64,000 nucleotides of DNA from Eledone cirrhosa. Its lineage: Eukaryota. Each line of letters opens with the position of its first letter. Position 1 is the stretch's first letter. Under the pieces are notes generated by a model. That model searched no databases, was not told the DNA's origin, and saw only the letters and a program-made list of their open reading frames with translations. Shown one piece after another: positions 14,071 through 26,414 of this stretch. The stretch covers positions 17,670,001 to 17,734,000 of the forward strand of contig OZ024753.1 of the NCBI GenBank assembly GCA_964016885.1, written 5' to 3'. The position numbers were made by a program, and so were the translations under genes.

Positions 14071-15694
14071 TTGAAATAGTCCCATAGATACAGCTGCCGT
14101 TGAAATAGACCCATAGATACAGTTGCCGTTGAAATAGTCCTATACATACAGCTGCCGTTGAAATAGTCCCATAGATACAGTTTGCCGTTGAAATAGTCCT
14201 ATACATACAGCTGACGTTGAAATAGTCCCATAGATAACAGCTGCCGTTGAAATAGTCCCATAGATACAGCTGACGTTGAAATAGTCCCATAGAAACAGCT
14301 GCCGTTGGAATAGTCCCATAGATACAGCTGCCGTTGGAATAGTCCCATAGAAACAGCTGCCGTTGGAATAGTCCCATAGACACAGCTGCCGTTGGAATAG
14401 TCCCATAGAAACAGCTGCCGTTGGAATAGTCCCATAGAAACAGCTGCCGTTGAAATAATCCATAGATACAGCTGCCGTTGAAATAGTCCCATAGAAACAG
14501 CTGCCGTTGGAATAGTCCCATAGAAACTGCTGCCGTTGGAATAGTCCCATAGATACAGCTGCGTTGAAATAATCCCATAGAAACAGCTGCCTTTGAAATA
14601 GTCCCATAGAAACAGCTGCCGTTGGAATAGTCCCATAGAAACAGCTGCCGTTGAATAGTCCCATAGACACAGCTGCCGTTGGAATAGTCCCCATAGAAAC
14701 AGCTGCCGTTGAAATAGTCCCATAGAAACTGCTGCCGTTGGAATAGTCTCATAGATACAGCTGCCGTTGAAATAGTCCCATAGACACAGCTGCCGTTGGA
14801 ATAGTCCCATAGATACAGCTGCCGTTGAAATAATCCCATAGAAACAGCTGCCTTTGAAATAGTCCCATAGAAACAGCTGCCGTTGGAATAGTCCCATAGA
14901 AACAGCTGCCGTTGGAATAGTCCCATAGATACAGCTGCCGTTGAAATAATCCCATAGAAACAGCTGCCTTTGAAATAGTCCCATAGAAACAGCTGCCGTT
15001 GGAATAGTCCCATAGAAACAGCTGCCGTTGAAATAATCCCATAGATACAGCTGCCGTTGAAATAGTCCCATAGAAACAGCTGCCGTTGAATAGTCCCATA
15101 GAAACTGCTGCCGTTGGAATAGTCCCATAGATACAGCTGCCGTTGAAATAATCCATAGAAACAGCTGCCTTTGAAATAGTCCCATAGAAACAGCTGCCGT
15201 TGGAATAGTCCCATAGAAACAGCTGCCGTTGAATAGTCCCATAGACACAGCTGCCGTTGGAATAGTCCCATAGAAACAGCTGCCGTTGAAATAGTCCCAT
15301 AGAAACTGCTGCCGTTGGAATAGTCTCATAGATACAGCTGCCGTTGAAATAGTCCCATAGACACAGCTGCCGTTGGAATAGTCCCATAGATACAGCTGCC
15401 GTTGAAATAATCCCATAGAAACAGCTGCCTTTGAAATAGTCCCATAGAAACAGCTGCCGTTGGAATAGTCCCATAGAAACAGCTGCCGTTGAATAGTCCC
15501 ATAGACACAGCTGCCGTTGAAATAGTCCCATAGACACAGCTGCCGTTGAAATAGTCCCATAGAAACTGCTGCCGTTGGAATAGTCTCATAGATACAGCTG
15601 CCGTTGAAATAGTCCCATAGACACAGCTGCCGTTGGAATAGTCCCATAAATACAGCTGCCGTTGAAATAGTCCCATAGACACAGCTGCCGTTGA
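14071..15694. repeat. 30-bp tandem satellite, about 54 units (TTGAAATAGTCCCATAGATACAGCTGCCGT variants)
   Basis: Contiguous units with no spacers; recurrent variant blocks. Confidence 0.97.
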
Positions 15695-15758
15695 TTCCAT
15701 TTCTAATTTATTGGAATTATTTCTACAGTTCTGTAACTTGCTTTAAATTTATTTAAGA

Positions 15759-16743
15759 CTAGCAGTAAAGCCCGGCGTTGCTCGGGGTCTCTCAGTAGCT
15801 GTGTTAAAGTTACAATGTTAAGTTTCTTTTTTGGCTTAAAAACTGTAGTGTCTACTGTGCAGACTTGCATGTGGTGTTTTTGATTAATATTCCCTCAACC
15901 AACAATATGCCTTATGAAGTTAAGAAAACATAACGATAACCCCAATGTTATAACAAAAGAGGATGCTGGGGATAAAAACTGCACTGGTTATTTATTAACA
16001 AAGATCGAAAATGTAAACACTGCAACGCAGAGAAAAACACTAGCGTAACCAAATTATCAGTTATGTCTGTCTGCACGCCTATATCACCTCTCTGCACGAC
16101 TGTCTGTCTGCACGCCTATATCACCTCTCTGCACGACTGTCTGTCTGCACGCGTATATCACCTCTCTGCACGACTGTCTGTCTGCACGCGTATATCACCT
16201 CTCTGCACGACTATCTGTTTGCACGCCTAACGAAATTTACAGATACATATATTTTAAATAAACTTATATAATTTTTGCTTTTTTTACGAAATATTTGCTT
16301 GTTTTACGTAGTCTTTAAATAGACTTGTTTTCAAGTAAAAATATTGTTTTAAAAGGCTTTTAAATGGAAATGAAGCAAAACGGAAGCTTAGTGTTCGAAC
16401 TGATGAATTTTGCAGGTCAAAATTTTGCTGGCTCGACAACTGTTCGTGTATTGTGTTAATGTCATTTTAAACGCTGAGAAAGCCAGCGTAATTTTTTACG
16501 TAAGACGCTCAATGTAAACAGAACAAAGGGAAATAACTCGTCACTTACGCTCAAAAATCGATACATTAGAGTCGATTTCGTCACATAGGGTGGGTCAATT
16601 TGAAATATTTTTTTTCCGATGTCTTCGCTAGGGCTCAATGTACAAGTATAGCAATTTCGGTGCAATTCCGTCAGAGATTCTAAGAGGAGATGTGTGCCAA
16701 AAATCGATAGACAGACAGACAACCACAGCTTTATATATATAGA
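15759..16743 (-). mobile_element. Non-autonomous Helitron
   Basis: Minus strand: A^TCTATATATATAAA 5' end; 3' hairpin CCCGAGCAACGCCGGG followed 8 nt later by CTAG^T; inserted between A and T; (CTGT)n near the 5' end. Confidence 0.8.
16064..16228. repeat. 37-bp minisatellite inside the Helitron (~4.5 copies)
   Basis: Unit tgtctgtctgcacgc(c/g)tatatcacctctctgcacgac. Confidence 0.9.
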
Positions 16744-16759
16744 TAATTATTTTTGTGTC

Positions 16760-17690
16760 ATGCTGTTGTTGATGGTGGCGGCGGCGTCGGTGTTGGTGGT
16801 TGTGATGGATGGCGCTGTAGTGGAGGTGGTGGTGGATGGTGGGGGCGGTGGTGATGGTGGCGGCGGCGTCGGTGTTGGTGGTTGTGATGGATGGCGCTGT
16901 AGTGGAGGTGGTGGTGGATGGTGGGGGCGGTGGTGATGGTGGCGGCGGCGTCGGTGTTGGTGGTTGTGATGGATGGCGCTGTGGTGGGGGCGGTGGGGGC
17001 GGTGGTAATGGTGGCGTCGGTGGTGGCGGTTGAGGTGGTGGTGATGGTGGCGTCGGTGGTGGTGGCTGTGAGGGATGGCGTAATGGTGGTGGTGGCGTGG
17101 TGGTGGTGGGGGGGGGGGGCTGTGATGGAAGCGGTGGTGATGGCGGCGTCGGTGGTGGTCGTGATGGATAGCGTGGTGGTGGTGGAGGTGGATGTGGTGA
17201 CTGTGGTGGAGGCGGTACTGATGGTGGCGTCGGTGGTGGCTGTGGTGGAGGCGGTGGTGACGGTGGTGGTGGTTGTGATTGATGGCGTGGTAGTGGGGGT
17301 GGCGGATGTAGTGGTGGTGGTGGTGATGGTGGTGGAGGTGGCTATGGTCGTGATGGTGATGATGGTGGCGACGTGGTGGTGCTGGTTGTGGTAGTGATGG
17401 AGATGGATGTGGTCGTACAAGCGATGGTGGAGGTGGTGGCTGTGGCGGTGGTGGTGGACATGGTGGTGGAGGTGGTTGTGGTGGTGGAGGTGGATGAAGT
17501 TGGTGGTGGAGGTGGATGAAATTGGTGGTTGTGCTGATGGAGGTGGCTGTGGTCGTGCTGGTGATGGTGGTGGATGTGGTGGTAGAGGTGCTGGTGGTGA
17601 TGATGATGACGAGGAGGCTGTTGTTGTTGATGGTGGACGTATTGTTGTTGTTGATGGTGGACGTATTGTTGTTGTTGGTGGTGGTGGTAA
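16760..17690. repeat. GGT/GTG-rich low-complexity trinucleotide tract
   Basis: Directly visible, with internal duplications. Confidence 0.9.
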
Positions 17691-18056
17691 GGCAATATTT
17701 GTGTATTTGTAATTGATAGTATTGTCTTTTCCTGCTATATATTTGTGCTCTCTTTGCTATTTGTTTTTCTTGCAGCAGGCGTCCCTATGTAATATTGTGC
17801 AATACTATATCGTGACTGACCTCAGTTTGATTACTTGACGACAAGTAATCAAAGTAGTTAGTATTTACTGTAAAGATGTATTGGAATCTCTTACCTCTTA
17901 AATCTAGAGTCAAATAGTCGTTCTCTTGTTACTGAAGCTTTAATAAGTTATAGCAGACGTTGCATGGCTTTCACACAATAGCATCATATTTTACATTAAT
18001 TATGGACTATTACTTCAGATTGAATATTGAGACACATTTTCAATAACCTGATATTC

Positions 18057-18195
18057 TAGTCGGGTAATTGGTAGAGTCGTTAGAAAGTCAGCTATATTAC
18101 TTTTGTGGTATTCTTCTCGCCTGTCACCGCTCTCTTAGTTCAAATCCCACCGAGATTAACATTGCTTTTCATTCTTTCGTTGTCGATAAAAACAG
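18057..18195 (+). mobile_element. Diverged tRNA-derived SINE copy
   Basis: A-box-like TGGTAGAGTCG, B-box TAGTTCAAATCC, then gcttttcattctttcgttgtcgataaaa. Confidence 0.6.
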
Positions 18196-18667
18196 TAGAA
18201 GTCCTTGGGTCAACTCATCTTTTAATCGTCTCTTAATCGGTGAAATGGCAAAGCCGTTCGAACATCGGATACAATGCTTTGGGGCATTCATTCCGATTCA
18301 TTCCGATCTCTAAGATCAACTTTGCCTTCAATCCTTTCAATGTCACGAAAGCCAACGTCCCAATGCAGAAATAGGGTCGTTTCCTTCACTATATGTCCTT
18401 CTCATTTCTCCTCTCTATCTTTGGCTGTTCAGACCTGGAGAGAAGGGTTGATTTGCGCCAGGTTTAAAATGGCAATCACATGGCCCTCGTCAATACGACA
18501 GCATTTCGACGTCCGAACAATTACATTGGGTGTTACGGATCCATACATATATATTCTTATATTTGTTGTACACCAACGTCTCTCTCTATCCTAGTCTATA
18601 GTATATCTCACTATACGTATACATCTGTTTCTAAGACTCGGCCTAACGCTCTGCTGTCTCCCACATA

Positions 18668-18719
<52 letters not shown>

Positions 18720-18977
18720 TGTGTGTGTGCGCGCGCTATATACAGGTTTGTTATTTAACCTGATTGTATTTTCGTTGTTGTGGTGACTTCAGTGGCTTAG
18801 TCCCCTTAACCACAGTTTTCAATTTGTCACGCTATTTAACGTATGTTTATTACTCTAAGATGTAACTTATCGATTTATCGATATTTTCTTATTGAGTGTT
18901 TCGTGCAAAGCTCCGAATATTGTTTTCTTTTCTGGATGTTGGCCGCGCGCGGCAACTTCGATTTTACTAACTTCAAC

Positions 18978-19099
<122 letters not shown>

Positions 19100-19122
19100 G
19101 TGGTTACACAACAGTTAGGTCA

Positions 19123-19172
19123 CCATTCCGAGAACAATGTTTTCACCTTAGCGGATCCTCAGCTCGTAATGG
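19123..19172 (-). ncRNA. Minimal type I hammerhead ribozyme (left arm of inverted repeat 19098-19256)
   Basis: Minus strand: ccattacgag CTGAGGA t cc gctaa gg t GAAA aca t tgt TC tcggaatgg; stem I ccattacga/tcggaatgg. Confidence 0.75.
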
Positions 19173-19350
19173 ACATGGTTATACGGAACAGCCGAGGATC
19201 CGCTAAGGTGATATAATTGTTTTCGGTATGGTGAACTAACTGTTGTGTAACCACTTATACCTAACTCGTCCCATGGACTGAGTGTTCTACCACTATGGAT
19301 ATTATCTTCCAGTGTTCTAACACTTATATATATATATATATATATATATT

Positions 19351-19736
19351 TCTGAACTGATCTGGAAGCTCAAACTTGAAAAGACCCCGCACTCTCTGGT
19401 CTGGTCCGTGGTTAAAAAGGTTCCCCCAGACAGAGGCGGGTCTGGTATTTGCAACCTCTGTCTTAGTGAGACACTCGAGATTCTTCATGGCGGAACCAAG
19501 CTATTAAACAGAAGGGCTGACATATTCGGTGCCTGCAGACACCTAAGGACGGGAACTTTCCTCAAGCTATATGGATAAACCCCGGTTACGCCCCCCCCCC
19601 CCGGTAGGTCCCCTACACCCCGTACCAATGACCATTGGACAACAACAACCACCCATGGTTTGCGCTCCTTATGGTGGATGGTCCACCGGATCCTCTACTG
19701 GTTGGGAGTCATCTAAACAATGTTTTATTGAACCTG

Positions 19737-19779
<43 letters not shown>

Positions 19780-20813
19780 CATGTGTATATATATGTGTAT
19801 TTTATGTGTGTATGTATGCGTATCTTTTATATATGTGTGCTTATCTGTATGTATACATTTTATATATATATATATATGTGTGTGTGTATTTTTATATATA
19901 TATATATATATATATGTATGTCTTACGTGTGTATATGTTTTGTGTGTGTTTGTGTGTACCTAGGTATATATATATTTTTATATCTTTTTGTATGTATATA
20001 TTTCATATATATGCATGTTCTGTGTATATATATATTTTATATATATGTATATATATATATATGTGTATACTTGTGCGTACATGCATGCATGCATATGTAT
20101 ATATGCACGCCTGTATGGATTTGTGTGTGTAGATGTGTGAGTGTTTGAGGGGCTAGGTGTGAGTGTATGTACAAGTGAACCAGCATAAACCTTTTATTTC
20201 TAAATTTACTAAACTATCTATGTATTGGACTCTAACCATTATATTAAGCATTACCACCCCACTTTGTGGATGTGTGGATGTGTGTGTGTGTCTGTGTAGG
20301 TGTGTGTGAGTGTAGTGCAAGCCAACCTACATAAGCCTTTTTATTTGTAAACTTTCCACTCCAACCATAATTTTCAGTAGCACCACTCCACATACATTCC
20401 TCAATTTAAGAATGACCTGTAGTATCTATTTCATACTATTAACCTTATTTGAAAATATATCTGACCAAGAATGCCTTTTGTGAAAATCAGTCATGTGGAA
20501 CTATTGTCATCTTGCCTGACGGTTTGAACCTTACAGAACCATCTGCCTCTTTGAGGTCAAATACCAACCTACTACCATCTACAAACTGACCAATGAGAAT
20601 TAAGACTATTCCTGCTGACAACATTAAATTATTCCTAACAAGCTCATATGTCCCAAGGCTCTGATACCATCAACACTATACACACAGAGCTGGCATATCT
20701 AAGAACTGACTAACTGCCTGATGAGGTCATAGCCATTCAATGGTTATCATCGAAATATATATAGCAGTAAATAAAGGATTATGAGTTCATGCAATTGACT
20801 TATGTTTCCTCAC
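19351..20813 (+). mobile_element. 5'-truncated Naiad-type PLE, second family (GIY-YIG C-terminus + 3' UTR + HHR + tail)
   Basis: 19351-19578 translates SELIWKLKLEKTPHSLVWSVVKKVPPDRGGSGICNLCLSETLEILHGGTKLLNRRADIFGACRHLRTGTFLKLYG*, homologous to the C-terminus of the 813-aa ORF and missed by the ORF track. Flanked by (TA)n on both sides. Confidence 0.8.
20713..20768 (+). ncRNA. Type I hammerhead ribozyme
   Basis: actgc CTGATGA g..atagccatt c aatggttat..c GAAA tatata TA gcagt. Confidence 0.85.
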
Positions 20814-20819
20814 TATATA

Positions 20820-20906
<87 letters not shown>

Positions 20907-20907
20907 A

Positions 20908-21095
20908 AACGAAGGAGTTGTGGTAAGGAACCAGATGGACAATAACGCACCAGAGTACTCAATACTTAGGGTAGTAGAGTGGGTAATAGGAAAATGTATG
21001 ACCCCTACGGCAGAGCTCAAGCCGTTTCGACGGCTAATTCTGGAAAAAATAGCCGTCGAAACGGCTGGAGCTCTGCCGTCGGAGTCATGCATTTC
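20908..21095 (-). mobile_element. PLE 3'-end fragment with fold-back inverted duplication (cggc/gccg stem III family)
   Basis: Same sequence as 25912-26100 and 57438-57628; each arm reads stem II-GAAA-cggc..gccg-TC-ggggtc; lies between microsatellites. Confidence 0.7.
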
Positions 21096-21107
21096 TCTCT
21101 CTCTTTT

Positions 21108-21136
<29 letters not shown>

Positions 21137-21138
<2 letters not shown>

Positions 21139-21313
21139 GAGATTCTACAGGACTAGAACTGTTTCATTCTTTAGAAATCATCAGGATTGATGATTTTTAA
21201 GAATGAAACAGTTCTAGTCCTGTAGAATCTCATCTATATTAAAACTTTTATACTCTGCTATGTATTGAGTATCTTACTTACTGTGGTTACCTCCGATTCA
21301 ACCCTGAATAACT
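21137..21313 (+). mobile_element. PLE 3'-end fragment with fold-back HHR palindrome (cag/ctg stem III family)
   Basis: Same family as 27454-27645 and 62907-63042; flanked by (TA)n. Confidence 0.75.
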
Positions 21314-21817
21314 TAAATATATATATTTATATATATATATATATATGTGTATATATATATATATATATAAGAAATCATAGATAGATATATAAGCATGCAT
21401 TCAAATAGACACAGACACACACATACACATACATGAGCACAGACGCACGCACACACACATATATATTATAAATCATATTTTCATACTTAGTTAATGAGAT
21501 TTATAGTCGGGGTGTTTTACATTGCAGTAAATTGTTTCCATTTATTTTATATATAGGAACGAAGCCTTTTGTAAACAATGAAGAACTTATGACTGATTCC
21601 CATTAGAAGATAGTTTGTGAAGATCTATTAACGTATTCTTAATAACTAAAGTTTTATTCAGTCTTCATTTATATTAAAAGGACATGTGAAGAATTAAAGC
21701 AATGTCACTGTTCAGTTTATCATATGATATATTAATTCTATAGAAAGTGTGAAGTAATATTGGAAATGGTATACAGTAGGAAACTGTTGATTATATACGT
21801 TGCAAAAATATGTTTAG

Positions 21818-21880
<63 letters not shown>

Positions 21881-21925
21881 TCCACTCTCTCTGTCTTCCA
21901 CTCTCTCTGTCTTCCACTCTCTCTG

Positions 21926-21956
<31 letters not shown>

Positions 21957-21962
21957 GTGTCT

Positions 21963-22061
<99 letters not shown>

Positions 22062-22289
22062 TATATGGAACCATGGGCCGAGTTGGCAGCCACCATGTAT
22101 ATATACTATATATATATATATATGTTCTTCTTTTTGGTAAATATCATCTTGGTTAAGAGAGTGGGACTGGCTTTGTGCAGTGCCTTTACTCACTATAAAA
22201 GCTTCACGGCACAGGCATTGCTTTATATCTGGAGATCTCTCTGCAATTGTTGTCACATGGTACCATGGGCCCAGCACTGTGTCAATAAT

Positions 22290-22430
22290 TGTCACAAGTG
22301 TAGTGTTTGTACCAGAGTTTTCAAGTCGCTGGCTGGACTAAGAAGTCACACTCGCTCAGCGCATCGGTAGGGGTTCTCCTACATAGATATGAAGTAGTGG
22401 CCGTACTCGAAAACGAGTTGGCAGCCACCG
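22290..22430 (+). mobile_element. RTE-type LINE 3' fragment (C2H2 finger + 3' UTR)
   Basis: CSVCTRVFKSLAGLRSHTRSAHR*, as at the C-terminus of RTE/BovB-like ORFs. Confidence 0.55.
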
Positions 22431-22523
22431 TATATATATATATATATATATATTTACTTTTAATGGATGTCATTAACTCTTTCTTTCTCTGTCTCTCTGA
22501 ATGTACTCGCAGCTGCAACGTCG

Positions 22524-22578
<55 letters not shown>

Positions 22579-22611
22579 TCCTCTTAATTTTATATATATA
22601 TATATATATAT

Positions 22612-22755
22612 AAAATTAAGAGGAAATAATAGACACAAATATACCTATTTTCCTTCAAAGTGCTGACTGCGCAGTTTCGCTGATCCATATTGAACAAATT
22701 GTACATTATAGAAATGTACTATCCCTTTGAAGCCAAGCAGCTTGTCAACGAGCAG

Positions 22756-22760
<5 letters not shown>
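22612..22760 (-). mobile_element. PLE 3' end with hammerhead truncated inside the CTGATGA box
   Basis: Minus strand: (TA)n-ATGA gctgctc...gatcagc GAAA ctgcgcag TC agcac + tail. The tail tip recurs in opposite orientation at 22572-22591. Confidence 0.65.
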
Positions 22761-22803
<43 letters not shown>

Positions 22804-23059
22804 GTGTGTGTGTACAGTGAAACCTTCACACCCGTAAAATATAACCTTGCGGTTTTACTTAATAAAAATAATATATAACTGATTAAATAACACAAAAGAA
22901 CCTACATTAAGAATAGGAAAACGTGAGAGCTGATTCTGAATAAGAATTTTCATATATGAAGACATTTCCCTTAGCTTTCTAGGCTGTAAACGTTCTCCGA
23001 CGGAACGTCGGATATGAGACCTAGATATGCGTTGACATATGTATCTTCCTTTCATTATC

Positions 23060-23376
23060 AAATCCCGCGGAGGTTAACTTTGCCTTTCATCCTTAAGGGG
23101 TCGATAAAATAAAGTACCAGTAATGCACTAGGTTATTGCTGGCCTTGTGCCAAAAGTAAAAACAGTTATTAAAAAGCAAACAACAAGGCGATGGATTGGC
23201 AGAACCGGTAGAGCATCAGATGCCATGCTTTCCAACATAGTTATGTCCCTTTACGGTCTGAGTTCAAATCCAGCCGAGGTTAACTTTGCGCTTCATCCTT
23301 ACGGGGTCGATAAAATAAAGTACCAGTAATGCACTGGGGGTTAATTGCTGGTTTTATAACAAAAGTAGAAACAATT
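23060..23376 (+). mobile_element. Two tandem tRNA-derived SINE copies (one partial, one full)
   Basis: A box TGGCAGAACCGG, B box GAGTTCAAATCC, core GCCTTTCATCCTTACGGGGTCGATAAAATAAAGTACCAG (recalled as Meta-domain-like), tail GCTGGCCTTGTGCCAAAAGTAGAAACAATT. Confidence 0.85.
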
Positions 23377-23469
23377 AATTAGCTAAAGCACTAACAGAAG
23401 GCAATTCAGAATAAAGGCTTACATAGAGGCATATATAAAAAAGGGTGGATGAAGAAGTCAATGACCAAT

Positions 23470-23700
23470 CATCTCAACCACCGGTCGCTCTCCGACAGGT
23501 TTGCGGTCGTGGCATTGGCAACGGAGACTTCTGGTGCCCTTATCCCTAGGACTACCTCCCTACTCACCACCATAGGTGCTGAGCTGCCCAGCTGCAGGTG
23601 TGAGCCTCGCGAGATGGAACGGCTCTTCCAGCGCATCTCCCTTACCATCCTCCGGGGAAACGCCTTCTCCATTCTGTCCGCCGGGGCTGTGGGGCGGCCC
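23470..23700 (+). mobile_element. CRE-like non-LTR retrotransposon, restriction-like endonuclease C-terminal fragment
   Basis: FAVVALATETSGA..IG..EPRE..RLFQRISLTILRGNAFSIL matches the typical RLE-domain end. Confidence 0.7.
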
Positions 23701-24529
23701 GTACGTGGGACCCCATTTGCTCACTATACAGAGAAATGGGGCGGGCGAGAGAGATGGAGGAGATAACGATGGGAGTTCGACTCTTTCGTGTTCGGACACA
23801 TTGCACCTGTCAAGAGTGTATTTTCATACTTGTGACAAACGTTGTGAATTCCTATTTATACATATTTCCACGGCACTAATACCTGCTATACTTTCATAGC
23901 CTCACCAACCCACAATTGGCCAAGCATACTCTGTACGGCTGCAGCCATGATATAACCCAAGCTAAACAGGAAGCTTGGGAGGTCAATTAGGGGATGGGTT
24001 GCTCCAACAGGAATGAGAAGGATCTGAATGGATTGGTCAATAAGTTTAAGTAAAATAAAGATCTACATAAGTTGAGTGTATTGTAGGTTGTGGCTGAGCT
24101 CTAGCCTTTTGTATTGCTTTGGGAAGGCTCTCTACATGTATTTCAGAATTATTATTCATCATCAGCTATCAAAATATATCAATAACGCTGTGTAAATGTC
24201 ATTGCTAGTTACTACTAATCTTTCATGTTTCCATGTATGTAAGTAAGTTTTTACTAAAAGGTTACTAAGGCAACTGTGATCTGACCACAACTTAAACTCC
24301 TTTCAGCAAGATTTTATAAATATTTATTATACAGAAACATATTTTACTCCTATATGCGTCCATATACAATTTTATTTTCCGATACGTTCTTCTGGAATAT
24401 TAAACAACCGTATTCATGTTTGTTCCCGCACAGTTCTGAGTTCTTCATCCTCAGTGTATACTGATTAATGTTCACAGCCATCCTCAGCATTCTCGTGTAG
24501 TACCCATCCACCATCTAAGTGAGTTTCTT

Positions 24530-24776
24530 GGTAGCACAGAGGAGACTGAGGTGAGCTGGACATGCTCATCGACATCCAGAGATGACACTGTACTCAATGC
24601 TCCTGTGTGAGCCCCTGCAAGAACACACTAGAAGGGGAAGACCGAGGTTGACATATGTTGATGCCCTAAGGACAGACACTGGTCTGTTGGAGACGCAGGA
24701 CATGGCAGCGATAATCAGGGTCAGAGACCGCTGGAGAGAACTCGTCCATGGATCTCGGGAATTTTACCCGCCCTAG
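24530..24776 (+). mobile_element. RTE/RTE-X LINE 3' fragment
   Basis: RRLR.AGHAHRHPE..LLCEP..RRGRPRLTYVDALRTDTG..RDRWR. Confidence 0.7.
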
Positions 24777-25531
24777 ACATTAATATATGTATAATTATGG
24801 TGGGGATTTATGCTGGTGATCGAACTTTGAGGAGAAGAATATATCATGTTGATGCGCAGTCTGGAACTGGCAGAATTTAGCGTCACAAGAAGATACATGT
24901 TTATATTTAAGCTTGTTTAGGTATGTTTATACATGTTTATGTTTGTTTATACAGAAACATGTATATGCGTAGATATACAGCTCTATTTTCTAATACGTCT
25001 TTTCTGTATATTAAATGACTGTATGTTTGTAGTTGAACTATTTCTAGCAGTACTAGTGATATGTTGAAGCTCAGCCGTTGGCTGTAGAAGCCCTTTGTGT
25101 TGTCACAATTGCTCTATTACCCTTACTCTGATAATGATTAGGAAAGCCAATAACTTTGTAGTTGTGCATCCGGTCTCTATGAAAGTAGGAGATGAACAAA
25201 AGAGATCAGAACCATATATGATGAATGGTGGACCACTTTAGATGACGTACGTACAATAACTTTAGAATTTATTAAAATAGCGAAAGTGATATATTCAGTT
25301 TCAAAGAGTCTGAGTGGTTACACAATTCTTGAAAGAGATACCTTGAAAAACTCGAGTGAAATATCTCTATACTTGCTCTATGGCGGAATATACCATTCAC
25401 TAACGGCTGAATATATTATACAATATTTCATAAACATTTTTATAGAATTAGATCGAAGTTTTATTCTCTCCCTCGCACCCCTCCTCTCTATATATATATA
25501 CATATATATATCTCAATATATATATATATAA

Positions 25532-25597
<66 letters not shown>

Positions 25598-25671
25598 TTA
25601 AACCAGTATTAAACTAGTTTATCTGGTATCAGCTGTCTAAACGGCAAGAGCTCGACCATCGGGCCTCTACA

Positions 25672-25720
<49 letters not shown>

Positions 25721-25873
25721 AGATATATATATATTGACATATATAACGTACTTACGAATCAATGTTCCCACGAGTCCTTCCTACTATAAATATATACTGT
25801 ATGATTTTGAGAGAGACTTAGTCGGTATTTCAAGATGGGTCTTGAATAAAGTATTCACGTGATAACGGTTTCA

Positions 25874-25911
<38 letters not shown>

Positions 25912-25915
<4 letters not shown>

Positions 25916-26100
25916 AGTAAGTAAGACCCCGACGGCTGAGCTCAAGCCGTTTCGACGGCTAATTCTGTGAATTAGCCGTCGAAACGGCTTGAGCTCAGCC
26001 GTCGGGGTCTTACTTACTCCTATTTCCCACTCTACTACCCTAAGTATTGAGTGCTTTGGTGCGTTATGGTCCACCTGGTTCCTTACCACTTTTCCCTCGC
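25912..26100 (+). mobile_element. PLE 3'-end fragment with perfect fold-back palindrome (cggc/gccg family)
   Basis: Palindrome 25912-26022 with 3-nt loop tgt, followed by a one-sided tail; (TA)n on both sides. Confidence 0.75.
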
Positions 26101-26131
<31 letters not shown>

Positions 26132-26133
26132 CA

Positions 26134-26194
<61 letters not shown>

Positions 26195-26196
<2 letters not shown>

Positions 26197-26350
26197 CAGA
26201 TAGGGTGTGGTAAAGACCATAACCCACTCTATAACTTGGAGTAGCAGAGTGGGTGATATTAAAAGATCAGGACCCCGACGCTGAACTCCGGCCGTTTCGG
26301 ATCTAGCTGTGTAACCGGCCGGAGCTCAGCCCTCGAGGTCCTGAATCTTT

Positions 26351-26355
<5 letters not shown>
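26195..26355 (-). mobile_element. Diverged relative of the cggc/gccg PLE end with inverted duplication
   Basis: aggaccccgacgctgaactccggccgtttcg / cggccggagctcagccctcgaggtcctg arms and a similar tail. Confidence 0.55.

Positions 26356-26414
<59 letters not shown>

Noticed and set aside
14071-15694. CRISPR-like 30-bp repeats and the long ORFs over them
   Set aside because: Units are contiguous with no unique spacers, no cas genes, eukaryotic context; the ORFs are translations of the repeat.
18745-18802. Possible minus-strand hammerhead (CTGAAGT..GAAA)
   Set aside because: Core mismatch and no stem II pairing.
22140-22290. GIY-YIG C-terminus-like peptide (CREAFIV..SLNQDD) on the minus strand
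   Set aside because: Too short and diverged to call without a search.
23186-23275. tRNA genes suggested by A/B boxes
   Set aside because: No cloverleaf; the boxes are followed by a repeated SINE core and tail in many diverged copies.
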